Source: Microbotryum violaceum (taxonomy: Eukaryota). From it: DNA of 64,000 nt. The stretch is taken from assembly GCA_001244265.2 (NCBI GenBank), contig CDLV01000008.1, positions 124,001-188,000 of the forward strand. The letters are read 5' to 3'. Both the position numbers and the translations under genes were made by a program. Below, piece by piece: positions 13,581 to 25,108 of this stretch (its first letter is position 1; each line of letters begins with the position of its first letter). The notes beneath the pieces are model-generated. The model ran no database searches. It saw nothing but the letters and a program-made list of their open reading frames with translations, and was not told the origin of the DNA.

Positions 13581-16500
13581 TTATAATGGACCGAAATCGA
13601 ACATGGCGCTAGTATTGAACGTGTTGTCAGAAGCGAACAGGGACGTCCCGGTTGCGAATGGGTCTCCATTTAGGAGAGCGTCGATCGAGAAGGTGAAATC
13701 GGATTGATTCGACGAGGCTGCATCACGGGACACGATGGGATAGTCATTAGTCATCGCGCTATCACCGCCCCATTGCATCCTTCCTCTCTCGCTTGGACTC
13801 ACCTGCTAGCCCTGTAGGTGAAGCTAGTGGAATTTGGGCGAGTAACAATGAGGGATCTTCTTCGACCGGGACCACACGTGACGTCATGAACTCGGCGAGC
13901 CTCCGTTCGGCAAAGGGGTGGTAGTAGCACGTCATCTCCAAGCCTTCGATCAACCTACAAAGTAGTCGTGTCAGCTCGCCCTGCAGCCCAATATCATCAA
14001 ACACAGTGCCAAACATACCACTGTTTCTCTTGTTCCGTTACGACCTCCTCACTCGCCGTCGGACCCGGCACCTTCCCCAACTTCTCCTGTGCCAACGTCG
14101 TCCAATCCTGCACCAATTCCAAATTATAAAACTGGTGATAAATCATATGCAGATCCGCGCCCGTCATGTACGCTTTGGCGTAATAAGCGAGCACCTTGAG
14201 CCCTTTACGAACCCGACTTGTTGCTTCGGTGAGGAGAGGGTCGGAAATGATGTCGGACCTGTCCATTAAGGTCGATCGGAGCATGTTGTTTAGGTCGAGA
14301 AGGTCTCGATCAAGCCGGATGATGAGAGGACCGTAATCGTTTTCATGGTGATGGTGATCGTTCTCCGTCGTTGTGGAATGCGCATGAGCTGGAGGAGCGA
14401 GGTCCCGCGTCGTCAACGCTGACAAGACGTGCTGGATCGTCGAACGGGTTTTGTCAATGCTGAGCCACAACTTTCGCACGGCCACTTCAATTTGAGCCGA
14501 TGGCTTGGAAGGGGGTGAGCTTAGGCGAGCGAAATCGCGCTGACAGGTACCTTTGAAAACATGTTCGACGCACAAGGTTCAGTTCAACGCGGCCGAACAA
14601 TCCAGGGAGCCGCACAACTCACATATCCAGCAATGTAGCAGATGCCTGATCGTCTGGAGCGCCTCGGGTCTTTCCTTCGCTTTCGCCAATAGCTTCTCCA
14701 ACACCGGCAAGAGATTATCATCCTCCGGTAAAGCTGGGATCACAATCCCAACATGACTGAAGTAGGTCCGCAAGTCATGATTATCGATACAAGGAAGTCG
14801 TCGCCCAAAAGCGGCTATTTGGGCGTCGGCGGCATAGAGACCGAATCCGAAGGTTTTCTTGAGTTCGATTTGGTCGACTTCGGCCGGAGCGGCGTCGAGC
14901 AATTGCTTGTACTGGTCCAAGGCGCTGCGTAACAAGCTACGCGACTTTTTGGGCTTGCTGTGGGGATAATATCGTGACATATCGGCTCAGTCCTCGCATG
15001 TCTTACCTAGTGTGCTCTGACCGAACGGAACTCACAGCTCGACAAACATCGCCATCTGCATAAGCGTCATCAATGACCCCAAATTCTCAATCGACGCTTC
15101 CTCCGCCAACCCTTCATCGAAACACAACTGATGCGCCTGCTTGAGGAAGTTCGTGCACGCCGATTCACGACGCGTCCCCGCACTGAGGAGGGGAGCGTCG
15201 GGGTGGTCCCGGGAGTCTTTGGCTTCGATTGAGATGCCGAGGAGACCAGAATGTGGTGAAGTACGCGCGCCTACGGCTCGGAAAGCGGCAACTGCGACCT
15301 AGAGGACTCTCGAGGGGTTAATTTCTATGGCATTGAGCCTGTCCGAGGGACAACGAAGCTCACTTTGGCAGAAGGGCTTAGGAGCCACTCGTCCATTTGG
15401 AGCTCGGCCTTGCGCGATCGAAAGTAAGTATACGTGGGTAGCACGAAGCAGCACGACTCGAAGAAAGCTGGAGCATTCGATATGCGGGTCAGATGGAATT
15501 TCTGTAAGATTCAAAACTCATCGCACACTGACCATCACACAAATGCCTCGACAACGCCGCTGCCATCTGGGGCGTCGCTAGCCTCCAGTCGAGAGAGAAT
15601 GCACCAATGCTACTCGTAGTCGTATCGAGCGGTGATGGTGTCAATATATCTGACGGATCGTCTGTCGGGAGTGCAGCCGCAGCGGACGTCGACGAGGCGG
15701 GCAAGCCAAAGAGAGCCTCGAGCGACGAATCGAAGGCGGTGCCGTCGACGGCGAAAAAAGTGTCAATGGGATTGAGGGAGCTCTCAGACTTTGCCGCGAG
15801 TTGACCCTCGAGTTCGGCTGCCAGGATGTAAATGGCGTATCAGGATCAGCGAGCTTTTTGACCGGTAGCTCTCAGGCAAAACTTACCCAGCCGTTTCTCC
15901 AAATGAGCAATCCGACTCGGATCGTTTTGGGCTCTACGGGAGGGAGGGGGAACGGCTGATGCTCAGCATCTGAGTGGAGTTATGGTCCATAAACAAGACG
16001 AGACGCACGATCTCTTGACCTTGGGTGTCCACCTAATGAGATCGCACTCCTCCTTGCGCTGAGCACAATGGTGACATGTTGGAAAGCGACGGTCACATTT
16101 GACTAAGAATTTGGATCCGTGCCAGTAATCAGCGTCAAGCCCGGCATACGCTCAACGAATGAACACTTGCACGTTACTCGCCTTTGCGCTCTCGACACCG
16201 AATACAACTCTTGTCGCAGATGATGGTACCCGGAGGCAGTACCGGCTTGGGTTTCCTCTTTCGCATCGGCGGATTCGAAGCGGTCGCCGTCGTCGCTGTC
16301 GTTGTACTCGAAGACGCAACCGCAGAACCACTCGTATCTCGCTGAATATGTGGGTCACCCTGATCGTCATCACGCATGTCCTCGTCCGATTCACCGCTGC
16401 CCGAGTCGGTCGTCGCGGAGGGAGGAGCCCGGTCGGATGTGGTCGAGGTCGAGCTTTGCGCGCCAAGCGGGGCTGCAACATCATAGTCGACTAGATTTCC

Positions 16501-16701
16501 CGGGAGCAAAGGTGCCTTTGGTGGTAAGGTAGATGTGTAGGCCGACTCAAGTTGGGTCTGCTGCGCCCATGGGGTGAGGTCAACCGCAGAGACCGTCGCC
16601 GCGGACGAAAGGACTTGATGCGACGATGATATGGGTTGAACTGATGGGCCAGTGGAGACCATTGATGTGCCGGGTTGGGGTATGAACCGGTCCTCCACCA
16701 T
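13581..16701 (-). CDS. Zn(II)2Cys6 fungal transcription factor; multi-exon
   Basis: Spliced cluster CIRCRERKVKCDRRFPTCHHCAQRKEEC across intron 16103-16181; downstream helical exons (ORFs 14579-14980 and 13997-14575); acidic C-terminal tail ending at TAA 13581. Start codon inferred. Confidence 0.85.
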
Positions 16702-17089
16702 GGAGGAGGCCGTTGAGCGGTGCGAGGGATGTCGCTGCGAAGGTCTGCACTCTGCATAAGCGCGGAACCGGCCGACACTGGAGCCAGCGCGGTCTCGGCC
16801 GGCCAAGTCGCCGAAACGCGCCGAGCCGACTCGCGACGAATTTCTGGGGTTGAGACCCACCCAACACTCCGTGAGGTCTCAGTATATGATTGCAAATCCA
16901 AAAAATCCAAAACAACAAATCTCACTAAGTTGCGATTACCCGGCACTGTTTAGCGGTTACTGAGGGCCACGCGCCAGGCGCGACCCCCATTTAGCTTGAA
17001 GCGAAGAGCCAGAGCCGGCAGAGCCCGCGTCGCGTCTCAAGCTCCCGATCGACGGCCGGCGTGCCTCCTCCCCGCCACGACATACCCGC

Positions 17090-18814
17090 GATGCTTTCTC
17101 GAGAGGTGCTGCTCTTCTCACCTACACGTGAGGGTATTCCTTCCTCGGATGACGCGTTCAGTGCTCAGGATCTTGTTGCGGGTCAGTCGATCCCTCCTCC
17201 CCGCTCGCGTCACCAGACCACAGTCTCGGTGTCAGCTCCAAATCCCCTCAGCCATACGTACTGACAAAGGCCATCTACCCATCTCTCCTCGTCCTCCAAA
17301 ACAGCCCAAGATGCGCTCGAAGCCGAAGCACGCGACACGATCCCGTTCGCTTTCACCGAATGCACCTACGAGATGGGCTACATCAAGCAACCCCTGTACG
17401 CGTGTCTGACCTGCCTCAACCACCGCGCCGTCTGCGCCGCGTGCTCCGTCTCGTGCCACGGTGAACATCATCTCGTCGAACTCTTCAACCGAAGGCATTT
17501 TCGTTGCGATTGTGGCACGGAGGCGATGGGAGCGGGGAGCGTGTGCGAGGTGACGAATCGCAAGGATGCACCGAAGAATAACGAAAATCGCTACGACAAA
17601 AATTTCCTCGGCAAATTCTGCGTTTGTGGAAAGGACTATGACCCCCACACCGAGACGTGAGTGGTCCGTATAAAGAACAAAGTTCTAATGTTTTGAAACT
17701 GACTTGTCGATGTTTGATTACACTACAGCGACTCAATGTACCAATGCCTCATCTGCGAAGACTGGCTTCACCACGCCTGTCTCATCGGATCCCACGTCGA
17801 TTCGGCCGACTCACTACTCGCGACCGACGACTTCGACCATGTCCTTTGCGATACATGCGTCCGTCACGATTACAAGGGCGTCAGGACCAAGCTGCTGGAT
17901 CGCTATGCTGGAATCGAAGGGAGCGGGGTCATGCTGCTCGATATGAAGACCAAAGCGATCATCGGGAGGGCCGCACTCGATGATGGGGACGAGAACGAGA
18001 ACGAGAACGAAGGGCAAGGTCGTAATAAACCCGACGTGAATGAAGAAGGAGACCTGTCGGAAGCCAAGCCCCACGCTTCGAGCGGCGATGCCACGGATCA
18101 AGACCGACCAACCAAGCGAGCTCGACTTGACGAACTAACGGCCAAGCCGGAAGCCTCCTCCTCATCTTCTTCAGCGCAACATGATATCATAAAACGAGAT
18201 ACTGTCACAGACCTGCCTACAAAAGCTTGCAAAGCACCCTTACGACCCAGCCCATCAGATGTGTCCCCTCTCAAGCGACTCGAGCTCGGCGGTGGCAAGC
18301 TGAACGTCTTTTTCGAGAAAGGATGGAGGATGAGGTGGTGTCAATGCCAAGAGGTACGCCTCTTCTTCTCGTCGGAGATGAATACCAGTGTCTCCGAAGA
18401 TCGCATTCATCCAATACTCAGCTGACGTTTATTCGGCAAATTTAAGCAGTGTTCACCTCTCTTTACCGACTTTCCATACTTTCTGGAAGAAGAAGAATCG
18501 TATGAACCACCGGACGATCCTGATGCTCGTGAGTTATTACCATTCGAAAGACTACACAGGCACCTTGCTGATGTCTTTCGAATCGTTCACTCGCAGACAA
18601 ATCGACACATGAACTCGGGATGGCCGCACTCTCACGCATGCCCCGCGAGCAAGCGATCGAAGGGGCAATTGCATTCCAGGGTCTTTCGGAGCGGCTCAAA
18701 AATTACCTACGGCCTTACTCCGAGTCGGGTGCAACGGTCACGAAGGAGTTAATTGATGAGTTCTTTGCAAAGGAGCGGGAAGTATTGTTGGAGCAGATGC
18801 AGCAGAATCGGTAA
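17090..18814 (+). CDS. UBR7: UBR-box plus PHD-finger protein, UBR7/Mlo2-like
   Basis: 'CTYEMGYIKQPLYACLTC...CAACSVSCHGEHHLVELFNRRHFRCDCG' (UBR box); 'YDKNFLGKFCVCGKDYDP...MYQCLICEDWLHHAC' (PHD); C-terminal 'MPREQAIEG...VTKELIDEFF'. Confidence 0.92.
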
Positions 18815-19279
18815 GGCGGTGATCTTAGGTGGAGGTGGCGACAGGCGACGACAGGCGACGACAAGTCGGACATTGCAGTAGGGCGGTGTAGGAACGGGCC
18901 GTTAAGGGATCGCTCTTCTCGGTATGAAATACACGATGCGTTTCCACCTCGGGCATAAGCTCGAAACCCCCCACTCTGTGGAGGGGCTTGTACCTTATCC
19001 GCGCGTTTGGCTGAGTTGCCTATCGAAGTTTGGCCCAGAAAAGTACCACCTTGCAGTAGCATGGCAGATAAAATCAACCTATACAATCGTTGCAATAGGG
19101 TTACTCTTATGCTGACGCCTGTCATGGGCACACCTCGTCGGTCTCCATCGATTGAGTTCAGATAGTCGCCCTTACGATCAGCTTCGAGGGCAAAGCCAAC
19201 GACATCAAGGGTCCATCACTCAGCCAACACAACGCCCGAAGTGTCTACCCGTCGCTCTCGGGCTGCTCACTGGAGATCA

Positions 19280-19915
19280 CAATTACCTCAAGAAGGTCGA
19301 GTTGACCCGATTGAGTTACGCAAGAAGCACAGACTCCTCTTGGTCGACAAATTTGGCGAGGACATTGTCCCCTAGCCGGTGCAAATCGAAGCTCGAGCGG
19401 AACTTTTTCAGCTCGAGCGGTTCAAGACTCGAAATCAGTATGACGCTGTGTTCGTTATTGCTCCAACGGGTTCAGGGAAAAGCTTGATATTCCAAGCCAT
19501 GTATTTGGGTTACGGACGCCGGGCTGTGACCATAGTTGTCAGTCCTCTGACTGCGCTGAGCCAACATCAGGTAGGTTTCATTCGGTTGGCCGTTGAGGCG
19601 ACGCCGGTGCTGAGTCCCACGGTCTTGATACCTTTACAGGCCGACAATCTCAATCAAGAGCGAAAGAAAGCGGCTGTCATATGCAAGAAAACATGGGGTG
19701 ACGGAAAGCAGTAACAGCAGTTGAGCGATCCCTCCCATACTGTCTCATCCATCTTCATCGTACGCGTACATTCAATCCGCCGCAGGTTTTTGCATGCTCA
19801 CAACCCCCGTACTGATATCTTGCTACTGAAAATCTCCGACAGTCTCCAGACATGCACAATGGAGACAAGCGCTGGGCTGAGCTGATATCGAAGGACTCGT
19901 TCCGAGAACGAGTTA
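19280..19915 (+). pseudogene. RecQ-like superfamily 2 helicase N-terminal fragment
   Basis: Q-motif region 'VP*PVQIEA' with an in-frame TAG at 19373; Walker A 'VFVIAPTGSGKSLIFQ'; motif Ia 'VTIVVSPLTALSQHQ'; intron 19571-19639; 'SPDM...RWAELISKDSFRERV'. Truncated before the DExH motif. Confidence 0.8.
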
Positions 19916-20665
19916 TAAGAGGCCTTGCCGCGTTCTTGTATACTGATCTGACATGCTGGAGTGTTACCCACCTGGTTGGGGTTGGCAATCCAATTATCGA
20001 TTCGGCCTCGTGCGTCTGGGCCATCTTCGCGGGCGAGTTGTATGATGAGATCAAGTACATGTTTGAGCTGAGTCCAATTACTGTTGAAGATCTTTGTCCT
20101 ATGATTGTGAACACCATCGTGTTGTGTTGATGGGCTGAAATACCACGAGAGGTATTGACATAGCGAGAGCTTATGAAGCCGAAACCGAGCGAATAGATCC
20201 GCCTGACGGCGGCGATCCTGGCGAGTCGTCGAGTCATAGCGTCTGCGGTTGCGCGTCATTCTGAGATAAGCGCGGTGTTCCACCGAGAACAAGCGAAGAG
20301 CATAGTACCGAGAAGACGAGTGATGCGGAATGGAACGGGAGAGAAACCGATGCGCACACGCCGAAGTACGTAGTGCGCAAGCCGGCGGCTGCAGCAGCGT
20401 GCTGCCGCTCGACTCGGGACCAAATTGACCAAATTTACACATTTCAGATCATTATTTGCCTACAGATGGGGTATCCTCTTGCCGTTCGGCACATGCCATT
20501 TTTTCTAGTAGAAGATCAATACCCTAGCTGCGTTCTGGATAATTGTAAGTACTTGCCACGCTACAGAGAACCACCCCAAAATGGCCCTGAAATTTCGGAG
20601 GGCAACTGGGCCAGGCGCGCCGATAAGTTCTAAGCCCCTCCACAGAGTGAGGGCTTAGTTGAGCT

Positions 20666-21056
20666 TACCTTGGGCAGACATAAAAAATACGCCTCAACAG
20701 GGGCGCGCGCAGCGCCCCCTCACGCGCCTTCCAAGTCACAGCCCCAGCAGAGTGGAGGGTTTCGAGCTTAAGCCCCAGCGGGGTGCAACCTTGCTACCCC
20801 AGGTAGCCGACTTGGCTCAGGTTACGCCCAACTCTCTGCTTCGAGTCGATTCTGTGTACACACAACACTCTCACAGCGCTATACTGATTAGGAAAGTGGG
20901 TAGTAGATGCACTCCTTCCTTCATATTTTCCTCGCATCTTTCGGATGTCGTCAATGTCACGTGTCCGAAGCGGTCGCGCGGGATTTCGGTCCCGAGATCG
21001 AAGGGGGCGCTGCGCGCGCCCCTGTTGAGGCGTATTTTTTATGTCTGCCCGAGGCG
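20666..21056. mobile_element. MITE-like unit with 49-bp perfect inverted repeats, nested at the right end of the larger element
   Basis: 20672-20720 (GGGCAGACATAAAAAATACGCCTCAACAGGGGCGCGCGCAGCGCCCCCT) is the exact reverse complement of 21002-21050. The match extends outward a few more bp with mismatches. Confidence 0.85.
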
Positions 21057-21370
21057 CGCGTTTCACATCATCAAGACTCCGCCGGGAATCAACCCCCGTG
21101 CGGCACCGGCGAGACGGCTCGACTGACCTCCTTTCGGAAGGCGATCCCCCCGAGACTAGAACCCCTGTTCGTATGGTCGGTACCAGACTTTCTTGACTCT
21201 GCCTCAACGTACGCTACTCTACGGCTTCTACGAAATTTATCACCCTTCGGTCTGGATGAAGATTCGGTTCTGGCGCATTGCGACAAGGCTCGAGAAGACA
21301 AGTCAACGCTGTTGAAGATGATGACGGTCAGTCTGCACGCAGAGCCTAGCGGTGCAAAGATTTGCACGAA

Positions 21371-21432
21371 ATATGATGTATGATATGTGGTGTATGGTGT
21401 ATGATATATGTTATATGGTATCTGATATGGTG
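21371..21432. repeat. Degenerate TATG(A/G)T(A/G)-type simple repeat
   Basis: Sequence atatgatgtatgatatgtggtgtatggtgtatgatatatgttatatggtatctgatatggtg. Confidence 0.7.
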
Positions 21433-21904
21433 GTCCAGGGAATCTAGCGTTTGTTAGATTTTCACAGTCTTCCGAACCGCCGGCCGAGGGGTTCTGGGTT
21501 CGAAACGGTCGTCCGCACGGTGGGCGCAGCAGCCCGAAACATCCTGTGGGGGGCGCGCCGCGCCGCTTCTAGTGCCATGCACGGGGTTATGGGTTCGTTC
21601 AAATAAAAGACAGGAACGTACGTGCACCCTTCTTCTGGGTGGCGGCCGAGAAGCTTGACATTATTATTCTGGCCGCGAGAGTCATGCAGCGATCATTATG
21701 CCGGCGATCCTCAGCGACATGTCTTGGCCGCGCCCGGTACCACCCCTCGTCGACGATACATCCGAGTCCTTTGTTCTCCCACTTCCTCCCTCCATCCCTT
21801 TCCTTTCCTTTCATTTTCTTTCTTTTCCTTCACCGCGTACTCTTTCTGTATCTCTCCACATAAGGAAGCAAGGGACTCGTCGATCCGATCGCACTCGACT
21901 GGCG

Positions 21905-24900
21905 ATGAAATTCTCGAACTCGATCATTGCTTGCGCCCTTCTCGCTTCCGGATGGGCCGACCTCGCACGGACCCACGGCGTCGACGCCGGCGGTGGTAGC
22001 ATCGGGTGAGTTCTTTCGCTCGACTCGGAACTCTGCGCCCTCTTGAGACCGAGCCCCGAACGCGTCATGATTGCTCACTCCTACTTCTCACACTCTTTTT
22101 ATGTTTTAACAGGGTTTCTCTCCCACCGACGACCCCCTCCGATCCCAGCTGCACCGGTTCAAACGAATGGTTCTCTCCCTACCGGTCGACGTTTGAAGCG
22201 CACGAGCGAGGCGAGAACCTTGATCAACTTAAACAGCCCGGCTCGATCGACGACTCGGAGTACCTGCTCAACCCCAATTTCAGCATCAACAATTGTCAAA
22301 CAACACGGTACTACTACTTGGACATTCACGAGACGCGTGCGGCACCGGATGGGTTCGAGAGGGAGATGTTCTTGTTCAATGGCCGAATCAATGGACCCCT
22401 CATCGAGGCGAACCAAGGTTAGCCTTCTTCGTCGCTTTAGGGACCCGCTCTCATCTCTAATCGTGCAGCTTGCCGACTCTTTATCACAATCTTGTCGTCT
22501 CCCAGGTGACACCATCGTCGTTTACGTTCACAACTACCTCGACATCGGCACGACGGTACACTGGCATGGCCTCGCGCAGAACGGCAGCGGTTGGGCCGAT
22601 GGTCCGCTCGGTAAGTCCCTTCGACCATACCTCTTTCCCCCGTACAAGACTTTACATTCTCTGATGGCTTTCCTTCCGCCTCACCACAGGTGTCACTCAG
22701 TGCCCCATCCCACCCGGAACGACATTCATCTACAAGTACACGCTCAGCCGATTTGACCAGTGCGGAACATATTGTACGTTGCAACAGTTCGGTGTGTAGA
22801 TCCCTTCGTAATGTGGGACTCATTCGGTGCACATCTTCACGTACCAACGTACAGGGTACCATGCCCATCGATTGGCTCACTACAGTGATGGACTTGTTGC
22901 TCCTTTGGTCATCCACTGCCCCAATGACCCACTCAAACGAGGTGACCTGTACGACATCGACCAAGTCGTCGTCGTCCGCGACCACTACCACCCCTTGTCG
23001 ACGCGAATCATCAGCGCCCTCCTCGTCAACGGTAGCTTCCAAGGCTCCTCCGCGACACCTTCTCCGAATGCGGGTCTGATCAACGGTCGTGGTCGCTACA
23101 ACTGTTCTTTCGCCCCCGAAGGCTCGGTCTGCACCGACGATGCCCCCCTCACCGAGTTCGAATTCCCCAAAGGTTCTCGCGTTCGTCTGCGCCTCATCAA
23201 CCCTTCGGCCCATGCCCAGTTCTTGGTCTCTGTCGACGAGCATCCTCTCAACGTCGTTGAAGCCGATGACACGCCCGTGTGGCAGACGACGGTCCATCGT
23301 ATTCCCATCAACGTAGGTCAACGCTATTCGGCCATTCTTAATACTGCCGATAACAACGAGGGTGATTCATTCTGGATGCGAGCCGACATCAACACGTAAG
23401 TACCGCCTGTGATCCAGCGGGGTGACATTCGTTCCTTCGAGACTGATCAATCATAAATCGGAACGGTTCTCACAGGGCATGCTTTGGCGCCAACTTCACT
23501 GACCTAAACCCCGAAGTCAAAGCGATTATTCGAATCGGGCCAGCGTCATCGTCACCGTCATCGTCAGTGTCATCGTCAGCGTCATCGGAAAACGGGTCGA
23601 ACCCTCCATCGCAAGGCGCTTCCAACGGCTCGAGCGATTCTTCAGGTGACCACTCTAGTAGTGGTAACCCGTCCGATCTTCAACAGTCTTCGAACAACAA
23701 TGGTACGGGCGGTGATGGCACCTCGAATAGTGGTGGCGATGGATCAACTGACAACTCTTGGAACTCGACCGGTGACGGATCCGACCGATTCCACGGCGGT
23801 GATACAGGTACCTCAGGAGATGCACCTGACGGATCTGATCAGTCCGACAACTCTGGTGACGGCAACGCTTCTGGTGATGGCCGAGGTGACTGGGGCAATC
23901 AGGAGGATTCGGACGGTTCGGGCGACTCGGGTGATCAGCAGGGGTCACAGAGGGGTTCTCGCTGGAAGAGGGCAGCGGGCTTACGCAAAAGGAACGGAAA
24001 CAACAACGACAACAACGACAACAACGACAACAACGACAACAACGACAGCAACGACAACAACGACAACAACGACAACAATGACAACAACAACTCTGGATCC
24101 AACACTAACACGAATCAAAACCTTCCCACCTCTACCGATTGGTCCGACGCCGTCAACGGAAGCTGCCATGACCTTGCCGAAAGTGAGTGCCACCAGGCCC
24201 CGTGCATCCCTTTTCGGTGATGAACCCTTTTGACTAATCACATCCTTTCCATTTTAATGATCAGGTACCCTCGTTCCTCGCGTGCCTTTCAACCCACCTG
24301 GGGCCAGCATCAGCCACGAGTTCAGAGCGACGATCCTCACCACCCCATCCGGCGCCTTCGGTTTCGCCGCCAACAACGTCAGTTTCGAGTCCTTCGTCGA
24401 CGACCCCTTCTTGTTCCGCGTCAACCGAGGCGACGACATCCCCCTCGGACTTTCGGCCTCGATCGTTCTCGACGACAAGTCTCTCGCTCACGACATCGTC
24501 ATCAACAATGCCAACCCCATCGATCATCCTTTCCATTTGCATGGCGTGCAGATGCATCTCATCGCGAGGGGAGCGGGATCGGTCAGTGCAGACAACATCT
24601 CGTCCGTCGCGCTCAATCTCAACAACCCGATTCGAAGGGACACGATCTCGGTCACTGGCAATACGTTTGCAATCGTTCGCGTTGTTGCTGATAATGCTGG
24701 AGTCTGGGCTATCCACTGTCACATTCTTCCCGTAAGTCTCTTGTGCACATCGGAGGTCTCCATGGACCGAGCTGACAGTATCGTCTTTGTCCCGAACAGC
24801 ACCAAGTCACCGGTCTGATGGGTGTGGTCGTGATACGCCCCGACTTGATTCGCAAGATGGAGATCCCCCAACACGCCCGAGACGTGAGTATGCCTGACCA

Positions 24901-25108
24901 ATCGAATGGATGCCCGCTCATTCGATCGCTGACCCCTCGCTGTGTCCATCCCTCACAGCTCTGCACACTCGGCAGCAGCCTGAGTAGCGCCCAGGGCCAA
25001 GACCCGCAACCCAACATCGAGCCCGGTCGTCGCATTCGTCGCAGTATCAACCCTCTACTCCCATCAAAAGACTTCATTAGAAAACGCGTTTTACTCAACC
25101 AGGACTGA
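21905..25108 (+). CDS. Secreted multicopper oxidase (laccase-like, AA1) with a large low-complexity insertion; multi-exon
   Basis: Signal peptide MKFSNSIIACALLASGWA; all four copper motifs (VHWHG, spliced WYHAH, HPFHLHG, spliced HCHILPHQVTGLM); also 'NGPLIEANQGD' and 'GQRYSAIL'. Confidence 0.96.
23999..24091 (+). repeat. (AACAACGAC)n coding minisatellite, about 9 units, encoding (NND)n
   Basis: Directly visible 9-bp tandem repeat inside the multicopper oxidase exon. Confidence 0.95.

Larger units (their letters stand above)
18945..21056. mobile_element. Internally deleted DNA transposon with long imperfect TIRs; helicase-carrying, AcademH-like
   Basis: Termini CACCTCGGGCA (18945) and TGCCCGAGGCG (21056). 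Flanking 8-mers TGCGTTTC (18937-18944) and CGCGTTTC (21057-21064). Inverted similarity between ~18956-19101 and ~20521-20667. Internal RecQ-like helicase fragment. Confidence 0.75.

Noticed and set aside
19379-19714. Functional RecQ/SGS1 gene or telomere-linked helicase
   Set aside because: It has an in-frame stop, is truncated before the DExH motif, is enclosed by TIRs, and no telomeric repeats were seen nearby.
21470-21600. GGGTTCGAAAC resembling a tRNA T-loop or B-box
   Set aside because: No cloverleaf, acceptor stem or D-arm could be built around it.
23999-24091. Regular repeat array considered as CRISPR-like
   Set aside because: Contiguous 9-bp tandem units with no spacers, in a eukaryotic coding exon.
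23981-24241. Minus-strand poly-Val ORF and plus-strand poly-Thr ORF
   Set aside because: Alternative-frame shadows of the (AACAACGAC)n repeat within the multicopper oxidase exon.
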